The notes: a model not told the origin generated them from the letters alone. A DNA stretch of 64,000 nucleotides from Escherichia coli (GCF_003334335.1 NZ_QOWQ01000026.1); one strand, 5' to 3'; counted from the stretch's first letter, positions 21,832-33,868 are shown. Numbers and translations are program-made.

Positions 21832-23205
21832 ATGCCAAAAGTTCAGGCCGACGGCCTGCCATTGCCCCAGCGATACGGTGCGATATTAACCATTGTGATT
21901 GGTATTTCGATGGCTGTCCTTGACGGCGCAATCGCCAACGTCGCCCTGCCAACAATCGCCACGGACCTTCATGCCACGCCAGCCAGTTCCATCTGGGTAG
22001 TGAACGCCTATCAAATCGCCATTGTCATCTCCCTGCTCTCGTTTTCGTTTCTGGGCGATATGTTTGGCTATCGACGTATTTATAAATGCGGTCTGGTCGT
22101 TTTTCTGTTGTCTTCACTGTTCTGCGCCCTTTCTGATTCGCTGCAAATGCTCACCCTTGCGCGTGTCATACAAGGTTTCGGCGGTGCAGCGTTGATGAGC
22201 GTTAATACCGCACTTATCCGCCTGATCTATCCACAACGTTTTCTGGGGAGAGGGATGGGCATAAACTCGTTTATTGTTGCCGTCTCTTCTGCTGCCGGGC
22301 CGACAATTGCTGCAGCAATCCTCTCCATCGCATCCTGGAAATGGTTATTTTTAATCAACGTACCGTTAGGTATTATCGCCCTGCTTCTGGCGATGCGTTT
22401 TCTGCCACCCAATGGTTCTCGCGCCAGTAAACCCCGTTTCGACCTGCCCAGCGCCGTGATGAACGCGTTAACCTTCGGCCTGCTTATCACTGCGTTGAGT
22501 GGTTTCGCTCAGGGGCAATCGCTGACGTTAATTGCTGCGGAACTGGTGGTAATGGTTGTTGTTGGTATTTTCTTTATTCGCCGCCAGCTTTCTCTTCCCG
22601 TACCGCTGCTACCGGTGGATTTACTGCGTATCCCGCTGTTTTCACTTTCTATTTGCACATCTGTTTGCTCTTTCTGCGCACAAATGCTGGCAATGGTTTC
22701 CCTGCCCTTTTACCTGCAAACCGTGCTCGGGCGTAGTGAAGTCGAAACAGGCTTACTTCTGACACCGTGGCCGTTAGCAACGATGGTGATGGCTCCGTTG
22801 GCAGGCTATTTGATTGAACGCGTACATGCAGGATTGCTGGGTGCTCTAGGGTTGTTCATCATGTCTGCGGGGCTTTTTTCCCTGGTTCTGCTGCCCGCGT
22901 CACCTGCGGATATCAATATTATCTGGCCGATGATCTTATGTGGCGCTGGATTTGGCTTGTTCCAGTCACCCAATAACCACACCATTATTACCTCCGCTCC
23001 TCGCGAACGTAGCGGTGGAGCCAGTGGCATGTTAGGAACGGCTCGTCTACTGGGTCAGAGTAGCGGCGCGGCACTGGTGGCGCTGATGCTAAATCAGTTC
23101 GGTGATAATGGTACGCACGTTTCGCTGATGGCTGCGGCTATTCTGGCAGTGATTGCTGCCTGTGTCAGTGGTTTACGTATCACTCAGCCACGATCCAGGG
23201 CATAA
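21832..23205 (+). CDS. yebQ: MFS transporter YebQ
   Basis: ORF track 21721..23205 trimmed to the ATG at 21832 (MPKVQADGLPLPQRYGAIL..., 457 aa); 14-TMS MFS-like hydropathy. Confidence 0.88.
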   Translation: MPKVQADGLPLPQRYGAILTIVIGISMAVLDGAIANVALPTIATDLHATPASSIWVVNAYQIAIVISLLSFSFLGDMFGYRRIYKCGLVVFLLSSLFCALSDSLQMLTLARVIQGFGGAALMSVNTALIRLIYPQRFLGRGMGINSFIVAVSSAAGPTIAAAILSIASWKWLFLINVPLGIIALLLAMRFLPPNGSRASKPRFDLPSAVMNALTFGLLITALSGFAQGQSLTLIAAELVVMVVVGIFFIRRQLSLPVPLLPVDLLRIPLFSLSICTSVCSFCAQMLAMVSLPFYLQTVLGRSEVETGLLLTPWPLATMVMAPLAGYLIERVHAGLLGALGLFIMSAGLFSLVLLPASPADINIIWPMILCGAGFGLFQSPNNHTIITSAPRERSGGASGMLGTARLLGQSSGAALVALMLNQFGDNGTHVSLMAAAILAVIAACVSGLRITQPRSRA

Positions 23206-23206
23206 A

Positions 23207-23236
23207 AAAAGCGCGTCGATCAGGACGCGCTTTTTA
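23207..23236. terminator. Bidirectional intrinsic terminator between convergent yebQ and htpX
   Basis: aaaaaaa-gcgcgtc-gatcag-gacgcgc-ttttt: GC stem flanked by an A-run and a T-run. Confidence 0.8.
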
Positions 23237-23250
23237 GTATTTACTTTATA

Positions 23251-24132
23251 TTACTTCAGGTATTCACCCGTACGCAGAGCTTCAATTCGTTTATCCAGCG
23301 GCGGGTGAGTCATGAACAACTCACTGAGCGATTTCGACTTACCGTTAATGCAGAAAGCCATCATGCTGGTTGCTTCTTGCGGTTCATAGCTGGTTTTCAG
23401 GCGCTGCAGCGCGGCAATCATTTTCTCGCGACCAACCAGTTTTGCCGAACCGGCATCAGCATGGAATTCACGATGACGCGAGAACCACATGGTGATAATG
23501 CTCGCAAGAATACCAAACACCAGTTCCAGAACCGTTGCAACCGCAAAGTAGATCAGCGGGTTGCCGTTGCTCTCTTCACCTTCATCACGATTTCCGCCCA
23601 TAAAACCCGCGGCAAGCTGCGCCAGAATACGGGAAATAAAGATAACGAAGGTGTTCACCACGCCCTGAATCAGCGTCATGGTGACCATATCACCATTGGC
23701 GATGTGGCTGATTTCGTGAGCAATTACCGCCTCGGCTTCATCCGGGCTCATGTTCTGCAGCAAACCGGTGCTGACAGCAACCAGAGAGGCATCACGGCGC
23801 GCACCGGTTGCAAAAGCGTTGATGTCCGGCGCATGGTAGATAGCCACTTGCGGCATAGCGATCCCTGCCTGACGAGCCTGGGTTGCTACAGTATTAACCA
23901 GCCAACGTTCCCTTTCGTTACGCGGTTGCTCGATCACTTCCCCGCCAACAGATCGTAATGCCATCCATTTGGACATCAGAAGCGAAACGAAGGAACCACC
24001 AAAACCGAACAGCAAGGCCATGATCATCAGCCCCTGAACGCTGCTCGACTGTATCCCTGTCAGGCTCAGTACCAGCCCGAAAACGACCATTACGGCCAGG
24101 TTCGTTAGCAGGAAGAGCGCGATTCGCATCAT
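23251..24132 (-). CDS. htpX: Membrane zinc metalloprotease HtpX
   Basis: ORF track 293 aa; HEXXH motif ([10 protein letters not shown]) and transmembrane segments. Confidence 0.95.
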
Positions 24133-24286
24133 AATTTTCTTTTTACCTCAGTTTAACAAAACGCAATATGCGATACCCACATCGTATGGGTTACGCGACT
24201 ATTTTCAAGTCTGGATAGTGCGTAAGTCACCAGAAAGACACAACTTTACATTTTGTAGCATCTGATTTACGGCATCTTGCCGCTGT

Positions 24287-24320
24287 TAAAAAATCAGGCA
24301 CAATTTCTTGTGCCTGATTG
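24287..24320 (-). terminator. Intrinsic terminator downstream of prc
   Basis: atcaggcac-aatttctt-gtgcctgat hairpin; minus-strand read followed by TTTTTT. Confidence 0.75.
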
Positions 24321-24323
24321 ATA

Positions 24324-26372
24324 TTACTTGACGGGAGCGGGTTGTTCCGCGGGTCTGGCTTTTTCAAGCTTCGCCAGATCGAGTGCGATATTCACCGTCT
24401 CATCCAGATAAGGATCCGGCTCCTGGTAATCTTTAGGTAGATCATCCAGCTTCTTCAACTCCGGTTTACCTTCGCGTTTAAAGCGTTCGTTCAAACGCGC
24501 CAGACGCGTCGCATCATCTTCATTATTCTCTTTCTCACGCACAGCGTAGTTCAGAGAAACGATATTGCGCTTGTCCTTCATAGCGTTGAAGCGCGCGATA
24601 TCCTTCATGATGTTCTGGAACTCAGGATCTTTCGCGATACGCGCATTATGTTCCTTCAGCAGCTCCGGCCCAAAGGCCGTTAAATCGCCTGATTTCACAT
24701 AAGTCGCGGCATCAATGCTATCCCACGGCAGCGCGTTATCTTCGAATTTCTCACCCGTTTCCGTTTCTTCATTACCCGTCGGCATGATGATGTCTGGCGT
24801 TACGCCTTTACGTTGCGTACTGCCGCCGTTAACGCGATAGAATTTCTGGATCGTGTACTGCACAGAACCCAGCGCTGGCCATTCAGGACGTAACATCTGA
24901 TCGTAAATACGGTTCAATGAACGGTATTGCTGAACGGTGCCTTTACCAAACGTCGGTTCACCCACAACCAGCGCACGACCGTAATCCTGCATTGCCGCGG
25001 CAAAGATTTCTGAAGCCGAAGCACTGAAACGGTCAACCAGTACCACCAGCGGGCCTTTATAGAACACCTGCCCGTCGGTATCGCTGTCTTCACGAACCTT
25101 GCCGTTGTTATCGCGGACCTGAACAATGGGACCCGCAGGAATAAACAGACCTGAGAGCGATACCGCTTCGGTCAGCGCCCCACCGCCATTGCTACGCAGG
25201 TCGATGATCACACTGCTGACATTCTGTTTTTCCAGTTTCTGCAGTTGAACTTTGACATCGTCTGTCAAACCCACATAGAAGCCCGGAATATCCAGCACGC
25301 CGACTTTCTCTTTACCGACGGTCTTCACCGACATTTTAACCGCGCGGTCTTCGAGACGAATACGTTCACGGGTCAATGTTACAGTGCGGGTCTTGGTCCC
25401 TTTACCAGCAGGTAAAATTTCCAGACGAACTTTACTGCCCTTCGGCCCTTTAATTAAGGCAACCACATCATCAAGACGCCAGCCAATCACGTCAACCATC
25501 GGCTTGCCTGTTTGACCAACACCGACAATTTTGTCACCAACGCTGATAGCTTTACTCTTCGCTGCCGGACCACCTGCCACCATCGAATTGATAACGGTGT
25601 AGTCATCATCCATTTGCAGCACTGCGCCAATACCTTCCAGCGACAAACTCATTTCAGTGTTGAACTGTTCGGTATTACGCGGGGAAAGATAGTTGGTATG
25701 CGGGTCGATTTCACGCGCAAACGCCGTCATTGCCAGCGAGAAAACATCTTCGCTGTTGGTTTGCGCCAGACGACGAATGGCAAATTTGTAGCGGCGTGTC
25801 AGGGTTTCACGAATTTCTTTATCCGTTTTTCCTGCCAGCTTCAGGCTTAACTCGTCGAATTTGACTTTACTGTCCCACAGCGCGTTCAACTCAGCCTCGT
25901 TTTTCGGCCAGGGCGCTTTGCTGCGGTCAAGGTTATAAGTGTCGTTGCCGGTGAAATCCATCGGCTTTTCCAGTACCGACAAAGCGTACTGGTAACGCTC
26001 AAAACGGCGCTTTTGCGCCAGATTGTAGAGATCGTAGAAAACGTCGAGTTTGCCTGAACGCAGTTCATCGCCTAACTCGGTTTTCTTTTTCGCGAACTGT
26101 TCAACATCGCTTGCCAGCAGCACGTTGTGGCTGTAATCGAGCAGATTCAGGTAGCGGTCAAAGATTTTGGCCGAAAATGCCTGATCGAGGTCGAACTGGC
26201 GATAATGAGAACGGGTGAAGCGCGACGTTACGCGCTCACTTACCGTCGCATGCTGCGTCTCTTCCTTTAATACCGGAATTTGATCAGCACGCGTGATATC
26301 TTCTACAGCGAAGGTCTGGCCTGCTATTGCAAGCAGGCCAGCTAACGCGGTAAGCCTAAAAAACATGTTCAT
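24324..26372 (-). CDS. prc: Tail-specific periplasmic protease Prc (Tsp)
   Basis: ORF track 24324..26420 trimmed to the ATG at 26372 (MNMFFRLTALAGLL..., 682 aa); PDZ and S41 peptidase regions. Confidence 0.93.
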   Translation of the reverse strand: MNMFFRLTALAGLLAIAGQTFAVEDITRADQIPVLKEETQHATVSERVTSRFTRSHYRQFDLDQAFSAKIFDRYLNLLDYSHNVLLASDVEQFAKKKTELGDELRSGKLDVFYDLYNLAQKRRFERYQYALSVLEKPMDFTGNDTYNLDRSKAPWPKNEAELNALWDSKVKFDELSLKLAGKTDKEIRETLTRRYKFAIRRLAQTNSEDVFSLAMTAFAREIDPHTNYLSPRNTEQFNTEMSLSLEGIGAVLQMDDDYTVINSMVAGGPAAKSKAISVGDKIVGVGQTGKPMVDVIGWRLDDVVALIKGPKGSKVRLEILPAGKGTKTRTVTLTRERIRLEDRAVKMSVKTVGKEKVGVLDIPGFYVGLTDDVKVQLQKLEKQNVSSVIIDLRSNGGGALTEAVSLSGLFIPAGPIVQVRDNNGKVREDSDTDGQVFYKGPLVVLVDRFSASASEIFAAAMQDYGRALVVGEPTFGKGTVQQYRSLNRIYDQMLRPEWPALGSVQYTIQKFYRVNGGSTQRKGVTPDIIMPTGNEETETGEKFEDNALPWDSIDAATYVKSGDLTAFGPELLKEHNARIAKDPEFQNIMKDIARFNAMKDKRNIVSLNYAVREKENNEDDATRLARLNERFKREGKPELKKLDDLPKDYQEPDPYLDETVNIALDLAKLEKARPAEQPAPVK

Positions 26373-26391
26373 GCCTGGCCCGGCCTCCGTT

Positions 26392-27090
26392 TCAGAACAC
26401 CAGGTGTTCTGCGCGCACAATCAAAGACATACCCGAATTCAGCTGGACGCGGACGCCGTCTTTGGTGATTTCTAATACGGTGGCATCCATCGCGTTTTGA
26501 CCCGCTTTCACCTTCAGAGCTTGTCCGACAGTCAGAGCTGAAATGTCAGAAACCGGGGTGTGCTGTTCTTCGCGAGGTGCTTTTACTGTTTTTGGCGCTT
26601 TCTCTACCGGCTTTTGCGCACGAGGTTTACGTTCAGCGCCTTCTTTGCGGCGTGGCGTGGTCGGACGTGGCTTGCGTTCGCGGCGCGGTGCGTCTTCTTT
26701 CTCACCAGCAGCTGCGGCAGCTTCGCGTTTTTTCGCTTGCTGTTCAGCACGCTGTGCCTGAACACGCGCTTTCGCTTCTTCAAGCTGCTTGCGAGCATGC
26801 TCTACATGTTGCTCGTCCAGCTCACCGCATGGGTTGCCGTCAAGATCGACACGCGTTGCGCCGGGTTTAACACCGTAAAGATAACGCCAGCTCGAAGTGT
26901 AGAGACGTAAAGCGGATCGTAATTGCGTTTTGCTCAGGTTCATTTCCCCGGCAACACGATCGACCAAATCCTGAAAAATACCGATTTTCAGCGGACGCGC
27001 TTCACCTTCCGCACTGAAACAGTGGGGAAAACGTTCGGCCAGAAACGCGATTACTTCTTTACTGCTATTCAACTTAGGTTGATTTTCCAT
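26392..27090 (-). CDS. proQ: RNA chaperone ProQ (FinO-like)
   Basis: ORF track 232 aa; FinO-like N-terminal domain, basic Ala/Lys/Arg-rich linker, C-terminal Tudor-like domain. Confidence 0.95.
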
Positions 27091-27186
27091 GAAATTTCCT
27101 GATTACAACGGACGTAGCCAACAAGCGCAGGCATGAACAGGCGTCATTATAATGACGCTACCAGTAAATGCTACGTTATCCGTTGA

Positions 27187-27684
27187 TTATCCTGCGACGC
27201 TCGCAAAGAATTTTTTGTAATCCGTCGTTGCAAGCACTTTTTCAAGCTGTGCCACAAGCTGACGTAAGCCTTGCTCGTCCTCGTCTGTAAAGCGACCGAA
27301 GACGGTACTATCGATGTCGAGAACACCAATAATCTGATTTTTCACCACCAGCGGCAGAACAATTTCAGAATTACTCGCCGCATCACAGGCAATATGCCCG
27401 TCAAACGCGTGAACATCCTCGATACGCTGCACTTGATTGCGGGCAACCGCAGTGCCGCACACCCCGCGCCCGACGGGTATCCGGACACAGGCAATTTTGC
27501 CCTGAAATGGTCCGAGTACCAGTGTATCGTCCTCAAGCAAATAAAAACCTGCCCAGTTTACGTCAGTGAGACGCTCGTATAACAACGCACTGGTGTTCGC
27601 AAGCGTTGCCAGAAAACTGGTTTCTCCTGCCATCAGCGCGTTAAAGTCGCGATTTAAATCCGCGTAAAATTCTGTTTTGTTCAT
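27187..27684 (-). CDS. msrC: Free methionine-(R)-sulfoxide reductase MsrC (GAF domain)
   Basis: ORF track 27187..27738 trimmed to the ATG at 27684 (MNKTEFYADLNRDF..., 165 aa). Confidence 0.88.
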   Translation of the reverse strand: MNKTEFYADLNRDFNALMAGETSFLATLANTSALLYERLTDVNWAGFYLLEDDTLVLGPFQGKIACVRIPVGRGVCGTAVARNQVQRIEDVHAFDGHIACDAASNSEIVLPLVVKNQIIGVLDIDSTVFGRFTDEDEQGLRQLVAQLEKVLATTDYKKFFASVAG

Positions 27685-27813
27685 TATATAATCACTTGGT
27701 TGTCTTACCTGGAACTGCCAGCCTATTAAAATAAGCATTAAATGCGTTAATGCTCAAGATCATTCCCATCATGGGTTAATATTAATGTTAATTCTTATTA
27801 CATTTGGCACGTC

Positions 27814-29097
27814 ATGGCTCTTAACACACCACAAATTACGCCGACAAAAAAGATAACAGTGAGGTCAATCGGCGAGGAACTGCCGCGTGGTGATTACCAA
27901 CGTTGCCCGCAATGCGACATGCTGTTTAGCCTGCCCGAGATAAATTCTCATCAGAGTGCCTATTGTCCGCGCTGTCAGGCAAAAATTCGCGACGGGCGCG
28001 ACTGGTCGCTAACGCGCCTGGCGGCAATGGCTTTCACCATGCTGTTGCTGATGCCGTTTGCCTGGGGCGAACCGCTGTTGCATATCTGGCTGTTAGGTAT
28101 TCGTATCGACGCCAACGTCATGCAAGGCATCTGGCAAATGACCAAACAGGGCGATACGATAACGGGGGCGATGGTCTTTTTCTGCGTTATTGGTGCCCCC
28201 CTCATTCTGGTGTCCTCCATAGCATATTTATGGTTTGGTAACCGACTGGGAATGAATTTACGTCCGGTACTGCTGATGCTTGAGCGACTTAAAGAGTGGG
28301 TAATGCTGGATATCTACCTGGTCGGCATTGGCGTTGCTTCTATAAAGGTACAGGATTATGCCCATATCCAGGCGGGTGTCGGCTTGTTCTCTTTTGTGGC
28401 GTTGGTGATTTTAACGACGGTGACGTTGTCACATCTTAATGTCGAGGAGCTGTGGGAGCGATTTTATCCGCAGCGCCCCGCTACGCGTAGGGACGAGAAA
28501 CTTCGTGTCTGTCTTGGGTGCCATTTTACCGGCTATCCTGATCAGCGTGGTCGCTGCCCGCGTTGCCATATCCCGCTACGCCTGCGTCGCCGTCATAGTT
28601 TGCAAAAATGCTGGGCGGCGCTGTTAGCGTCAATCGTTTTGTTGTTACCTGCCAACCTGTTGCCTATTTCTATCATTTATCTGAACGGAGGACGGCAGGA
28701 AGATACAATTCTTTCCGGAATTATGTCGCTGGCAAGTAGCAACATTGCGGTTGCGGGAATCGTGTTTATCGCCAGTATTCTGGTACCGTTTACTAAAGTG
28801 ATCGTCATGTTCACTTTACTGTTGAGCATTCATTTTAAATGCCAGCAAGGTTTACGCACACGCATTCTGTTACTGCGGATGGTGACCTGGATTGGTCGCT
28901 GGTCGATGCTCGACCTGTTTGTCATATCTTTAACCATGTCGCTGATTAATCGCGATCAGATCCTCGCTTTTACTATGGGACCGGCTGCGTTTTATTTCGG
29001 CGCAGCGGTAATTTTGACTATTCTTGCTGTGGAATGGCTGGACAGCCGCTTACTTTGGGATGCACATGAGTCAGGAAACGCCCGCTTCGACGACTGA
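27814..29097 (+). CDS. yebS: Inner-membrane protein YebS (LetA; paired with the MCE-domain protein YebT/LetB)
   Basis: ORF track 427 aa; two Zn-ribbon-like CxxC pairs per repeat and duplicated membrane modules. Confidence 0.9.
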   Translation: MALNTPQITPTKKITVRSIGEELPRGDYQRCPQCDMLFSLPEINSHQSAYCPRCQAKIRDGRDWSLTRLAAMAFTMLLLMPFAWGEPLLHIWLLGIRIDANVMQGIWQMTKQGDTITGAMVFFCVIGAPLILVSSIAYLWFGNRLGMNLRPVLLMLERLKEWVMLDIYLVGIGVASIKVQDYAHIQAGVGLFSFVALVILTTVTLSHLNVEELWERFYPQRPATRRDEKLRVCLGCHFTGYPDQRGRCPRCHIPLRLRRRHSLQKCWAALLASIVLLLPANLLPISIIYLNGGRQEDTILSGIMSLASSNIAVAGIVFIASILVPFTKVIVMFTLLLSIHFKCQQGLRTRILLLRMVTWIGRWSMLDLFVISLTMSLINRDQILAFTMGPAAFYFGAAVILTILAVEWLDSRLLWDAHESGNARFDD

Positions 29098-31699
29098 AGC
29101 GCAGATTAAAAATAAACGCCGTATCTCACCTTTCTGGCTGCTGCCGTTCATCGCGCTAATGATTGCCGGTTGGCTGATTTGGGACAGTTATCAGGACCGG
29201 GGTAATACCGTCACCATCGACTTTATGTCGGCGGATGGTATTGTCCCGGGCCGTACGCCTGTTCGTTATCAGGGCGTTGAAGTCGGAACAGTGCAGGATA
29301 TCAGCCTCAGCGACGATCTTCGTAAGATTGAAGTCAAGGTCAGCATCAAGTCCGATATGAAAGATGCGCTGCGCGAAGAGACTCAGTTCTGGCTGGTGAC
29401 GCCAAAAGCATCGTTGGCAGGTGTCTCCGGGCTGGACGCCCTCGTCGGTGGTAACTATATCGGCATGATGCCAGGTAAAGGTAAAGAGCAGGATCACTTT
29501 GTCGCACTCGATACCCAACCGAAATATCGACTGGACAATGGCGATCTGATGATCCACCTGCAAGCCCCCGATCTCGGTTCGCTGAACAGCGGTTCATTGG
29601 TCTATTTCCGCAAGATCCCTGTGGGAAAAGTCTACGACTATGCCATCAATCCCAACAAGCAAGGCGTGGTGATTGATGTCCTGATCGAGCGGCGTTTTAC
29701 CGATCTGGTGAAAAAAGGTAGCCGTTTCTGGAACGTTTCCGGCGTTGATGCCAATGTCAGTATCAGTGGCGCGAAGGTGAAACTGGAAAGTCTGGCGGCA
29801 CTGGTTAACGGTGCGATTGCCTTCGATTCACCTGAAGAGTCGAAACCTGCCGAGGCGGAAGATACCTTTGGTCTGTATGAAGATCTGGCCCACAGCCAGC
29901 GTGGCGTAATAATAAAACTGGAACTGCCGAGTGGGGCAGGATTAACCGCCGACTCGACGCCATTAATGTATCAGGGACTGGAAGTCGGACAGCTAACTAA
30001 ACTGGATTTAAATCCTGGTGGTAAAGTCACTGGGGAAATGACAGTTGATCCCAGCGTCGTTACCCTGCTTCGTGAAAATACCCGCATCGAATTACGTAAT
30101 CCGAAATTATCCCTTAGCGATGCCAATCTCAGCGCCCTGCTGACTGGCAAAACCTTCGAGTTGGTACCCGGCGATGGCGAGCCACGCAAAGAGTTCGTTG
30201 TTGTGCCAGGCGAAAAAGCACTGCTGCATGAACCTGATGTTCTGACGCTGACCCTGACCGCGCCGGAAAGTTACGGTATTGATGCTGGTCAGCCGCTCAT
30301 TCTTCACGGCGTGCAGGTAGGCCAGGTTATCGATCGTAAACTCACCAGCAAAGGCGTCACCTTTACCGTCGCCATCGAGCCTCAGCATCGAGAACTGGTA
30401 AAAGGCGATAGCAAATTTGTCGTCAACAGCCGTGTCGACGTGAAGGTGGGGCTGGATGGCGTTGAGTTTCTCGGTGCCAGCGCCTCAGAATGGATTAACG
30501 GCGGGATACGTATTCTGCCGGGCGATAAAGGCGAGATGAAAGCCAGCTATCCACTGTATGCCAATCTGGAAAAAGCGCTGGAGAACAGCCTTAGCGATTT
30601 ACCCACCACAACCGTGAGTTTGAGTGCAGAGACGCTGCCGGATGTGCAGGCAGGATCGGTAGTGCTCTACCGTAAATTTGAAGTTGGTGAAGTTATTACC
30701 GTGCGTCCGCGAGCTAACGCGTTTGATATCGATCTGCATATTAAGCCGGAGTATCGCAACCTTCTGACCAGCAATAGCGTGTTCTGGGCAGAAGGCGGGG
30801 CGAAAGTTCAGCTGAATGGTAGTGGCCTGACCGTACAGGCATCCCCGCTCTCCAGAGCATTAAAAGGGGCTATTAGCTTCGATAACCTCAGTGGTGCCAG
30901 CGCCAGTCAGCGTAAAGGCGACAAACGTATTCTGTATGCTTCCGAAACAGCGGCCCGTGCGGTTGGTGGGCAGATTACGCTTCACGCTTTCGATGCCGGA
31001 AAACTGGCGGTCGGGATGCCAATTCGCTATCTCGGTATTGATATCGGGCAAATCCAGACGCTGGATCTGATTACCGCGCGCAATGAAGTACAGGCAAAGG
31101 CGGTGCTCTATCCGGAATATGTCCAGACCTTTGCTCGCGGTGGTACGCGCTTCTCAGTGGTCACACCGCAAATTTCGGCAGCTGGCGTTGAGCATCTAGA
31201 TACTATCCTCCAGCCGTATATCAACGTCGAACCAGGCCGGGGCAATCCTCGCCGCGACTTTGAATTACAAGAGGCCACCATTACTGATTCGCGTTACCTG
31301 GATGGCTTAAGCATTATTGTTGAAGCGCCGGAAGCCGGTTCGTTAGGTATTGGTACGCCTGTGCTGTTCCGTGGTCTGGAAGTCGGTACGGTTACAGGAA
31401 TGACGCTGGGGACATTGTCAGATCGCGTGATGATTGCGATGCGCATCAGTAAACGCTATCAACACCTGGTGCGTAACAATTCCGTCTTCTGGTTGGCATC
31501 GGGTTACAGTCTGGACTTTGGTCTGACGGGCGGCGTAGTGAAAACCGGCACCTTTAACCAGTTTATCCGTGGCGGCATCGCCTTCGCCACGCCTCCGGGT
31601 ACGCCACTGGCACCGAAAGCCCAGGAAGGCAAACACTTCCTGTTGCAGGAAAGTGAACCGAAAGAGTGGCGTGAATGGGGAACTGCGCTTCCCAAATAA
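29066..31699 (+). CDS. yebT: Multi-MCE-domain intermembrane transport protein YebT (LetB)
   Basis: ORF track 29024..31699 trimmed to the ATG at 29066 ([28 protein letters not shown]..., 877 aa); overlaps yebS 3' end by 32 nt; repeated MCE-domain pattern. Confidence 0.9.
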   Translation: MSQETPASTTEAQIKNKRRISPFWLLPFIALMIAGWLIWDSYQDRGNTVTIDFMSADGIVPGRTPVRYQGVEVGTVQDISLSDDLRKIEVKVSIKSDMKDALREETQFWLVTPKASLAGVSGLDALVGGNYIGMMPGKGKEQDHFVALDTQPKYRLDNGDLMIHLQAPDLGSLNSGSLVYFRKIPVGKVYDYAINPNKQGVVIDVLIERRFTDLVKKGSRFWNVSGVDANVSISGAKVKLESLAALVNGAIAFDSPEESKPAEAEDTFGLYEDLAHSQRGVIIKLELPSGAGLTADSTPLMYQGLEVGQLTKLDLNPGGKVTGEMTVDPSVVTLLRENTRIELRNPKLSLSDANLSALLTGKTFELVPGDGEPRKEFVVVPGEKALLHEPDVLTLTLTAPESYGIDAGQPLILHGVQVGQVIDRKLTSKGVTFTVAIEPQHRELVKGDSKFVVNSRVDVKVGLDGVEFLGASASEWINGGIRILPGDKGEMKASYPLYANLEKALENSLSDLPTTTVSLSAETLPDVQAGSVVLYRKFEVGEVITVRPRANAFDIDLHIKPEYRNLLTSNSVFWAEGGAKVQLNGSGLTVQASPLSRALKGAISFDNLSGASASQRKGDKRILYASETAARAVGGQITLHAFDAGKLAVGMPIRYLGIDIGQIQTLDLITARNEVQAKAVLYPEYVQTFARGGTRFSVVTPQISAAGVEHLDTILQPYINVEPGRGNPRRDFELQEATITDSRYLDGLSIIVEAPEAGSLGIGTPVLFRGLEVGTVTGMTLGTLSDRVMIAMRISKRYQHLVRNNSVFWLASGYSLDFGLTGGVVKTGTFNQFIRGGIAFATPPGTPLAPKAQEGKHFLLQESEPKEWREWGTALPK

Positions 31700-31708
31700 T
31701 GCCCACTG

Positions 31709-31737
31709 CTCCGGCGTGCCTGCGCCGGAGCGTTTAT
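31709..31737 (+). terminator. Hairpin downstream of yebT
   Basis: ctccggcg-tgcctg-cgccggag followed by cgtttatgc (weak T-run). Confidence 0.5.
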
Positions 31738-31778
31738 GCTAAACTGCGCGCCTGTTTTTTTGCCAGTGGTACATGCTC

Positions 31779-33218
31779 GTGGCCCAACACACCGTTTATT
31801 TCCCGGACGCCTTTCTGACACAAATGCGCGAAGCGATGCCTTCGACGCTCTCATTTGATGATTTTCTTGCCGCCTGTCAGCGCCCGTTGCGCCGCAGCAT
31901 TCGCGTTAATACGCTGAAAATCTCCGTTGCTGATTTCCTGCAATTAACCGCTCCTTATGGCTGGACGCTTACGCCAATTCCGTGGTGTGAAGAAGGTTTC
32001 TGGATTGAACGCGACAATGAAGATGCATTGCCATTGGGTAGTACCGCCGAGCATTTAAGCGGCCTGTTTTATATTCAGGAAGCCAGTTCAATGTTGCCCG
32101 TTGCCGCCTTGTTTGCTGACGATAATGCACCACAGCGGGTGATGGATGTCGCAGCTGCGCCAGGCTCCAAAACGACGCAAATTGCCGCGCGGATGAATAA
32201 CGAAGGGGCAATCCTTGCCAATGAGTTTTCCGCCAGTCGGGTAAAAGTGTTACATGCCAATATCAGCCGCTGTGGCATCAGTAATGTTGCGCTCACACAT
32301 TTTGATGGCCGCGTGTTTGGTGCGGCAGTGCCAGAAATGTTCGATGCCATTTTGCTGGACGCTCCCTGCTCTGGCGAAGGCGTGGTGCGTAAAGATCCCG
32401 ATGCGCTAAAAAACTGGTCACCAGAAAGCAATCAGGAAATCGCAGCTACACAACGGGAGCTTATCGACAGCGCCTTTCATGCATTACGTCCTGGTGGTAC
32501 GCTGGTTTACTCGACCTGTACCTTAAACCAGGAAGAAAACGAAGCCGTTTGCCTGTGGCTGAAAGAGACTTACCCCGACGCAGTAGAGTTTTTACCACTT
32601 GGCGATCTCTTCCCTGGTGCAAACAAAGCGCTGACCGAAGAAGGCTTTTTGCATGTTTTCCCACAAATTTACGACTGCGAAGGCTTCTTCGTTGCTCGTC
32701 TGCGTAAAACTCAGGCGATCCCCGCCTTACCCGCCCCCAAATACAAAGTGGGCAATTTCCCGTTCAGCCCGGTGAAAGATCGCGAAGCCGGACAAATTCG
32801 TCAGGCGGCTGCAAGTGTTGGCTTAAACTGGGATGGAAACCTGCGACTCTGGCAACGCGACAAAGAACTGTGGTTGTTCCCGGTGGGCATTGAAGCCCTG
32901 ATCGGTAAAGTCCGATTTTCTCGCTTGGGGATTAAACTTGCCGAAACGCACAACAAAGGTTATCGCTGGCAGCATGAAGCAGTTATTGCCCTTGCCACCC
33001 CCGACAATGTGAACGCTTTTGAACTGACACCGCAGGAAGCGGAGGAGTGGTATCGCGGGCGCGATGTTTACCCGCAAGCCGCGCCAGTGGCGGATGACGT
33101 GTTGGTTACTTTCCAGCATCAACCGATTGGTTTAGCCAAACGGATTGGTTCGCGATTGAAAAACAGCTATCCGCGTGAACTGGTGCGCGATGGGAAACTT
33201 TTTACCGGTAACGCCTGA
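31779..33218 (+). CDS. rsmF: 16S rRNA (cytosine1407-C5)-methyltransferase RsmF
   Basis: ORF track 31773..33218; recalled protein starts [10 protein letters not shown] (GTG at 31779, 479 aa); NOL1/NOP2/Sun-family SAM-binding motifs. Confidence 0.9.
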   Translation: MAQHTVYFPDAFLTQMREAMPSTLSFDDFLAACQRPLRRSIRVNTLKISVADFLQLTAPYGWTLTPIPWCEEGFWIERDNEDALPLGSTAEHLSGLFYIQEASSMLPVAALFADDNAPQRVMDVAAAPGSKTTQIAARMNNEGAILANEFSASRVKVLHANISRCGISNVALTHFDGRVFGAAVPEMFDAILLDAPCSGEGVVRKDPDALKNWSPESNQEIAATQRELIDSAFHALRPGGTLVYSTCTLNQEENEAVCLWLKETYPDAVEFLPLGDLFPGANKALTEEGFLHVFPQIYDCEGFFVARLRKTQAIPALPAPKYKVGNFPFSPVKDREAGQIRQAAASVGLNWDGNLRLWQRDKELWLFPVGIEALIGKVRFSRLGIKLAETHNKGYRWQHEAVIALATPDNVNAFELTPQEAEEWYRGRDVYPQAAPVADDVLVTFQHQPIGLAKRIGSRLKNSYPRELVRDGKLFTGNA

Positions 33219-33335
33219 CAGCGCACAAAAAAAGCGCACTTTTTGACTGGCACATTCGGCTGCCTCAACTAGGCTGAAAAATGGTGCGATCGGACTGGTC
33301 GTACCACAACCGGCAGCTAAATGGAGAGCACGAAG

Positions 33336-33572
33336 ATGAAAACCAGTGTGCGCATAGGCGCTTTTGAAATCGACGACGGCGAATTACACGGTGAATCGCC
33401 GGGTGATCGAACATTAACCATTCCTTGTAAATCTGACCCCGATTTATGTATGCAACTGGATGCCTGGGATGCTGAAACCAGTATCCCTGCCCTGCTAAAT
33501 GGCGAACACTCTGTCCTTTACCGTACCCGTTACGATCAACAATCTGATGCCTGGATTATGCGTCTTGCCTGA
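33336..33572 (+). CDS. yebV: Small protein YebV
   Basis: ORF track 33321..33572 trimmed to MKTSVRIGAFEIDDGELHGE... (78 aa). Confidence 0.75.
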   Translation: MKTSVRIGAFEIDDGELHGESPGDRTLTIPCKSDPDLCMQLDAWDAETSIPALLNGEHSVLYRTRYDQQSDAWIMRLA

Positions 33573-33676
33573 TCCAAAAAGAACCCGTCGGCATGGCGGG
33601 TTATTTGTCCTGGTTATTCCCCCGTTGTAAAATCTCTCCTAAACTTAACGGTACGGCACCACACTTCGGGGATGAA

Positions 33677-33868
33677 ATGTTCGCGCTGGTACTTTTTGTT
33701 TGCTACCTGGATGGCGGTTGTGAAGATATCGTTGTGGATGTCTACAACACGGAACAGCAGTGTCTTTATTCTATGAGCGATCAACGGATCCGCCATGGCG
33801 GTTGTTTTCCGATTGAGGATTTTATAGATGGTTTCTGGCGACCTGCACAGGAGTATGGTGATTTTTAA
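33677..33868 (+). CDS. yebW: Small protein YebW
   Basis: ORF track 33593..33868 trimmed to MFALVLFVCYLDGG... (63 aa). Confidence 0.7.
   Translation: MFALVLFVCYLDGGCEDIVVDVYNTEQQCLYSMSDQRIRHGGCFPIEDFIDGFWRPAQEYGDF

Noticed and set aside
24324-26420. N-terminal extensions suggested by the ORF track for prc, and likewise for znuA, pykA, yebQ, yebT, yebC, nudB, exoX, holE, yebW
   Set aside because: Extensions add non-conserved residues ahead of recognizable native N-termini or signal peptides; internal starts chosen, although the exact start remains somewhat uncertain for yebB, manZ and yoaB.
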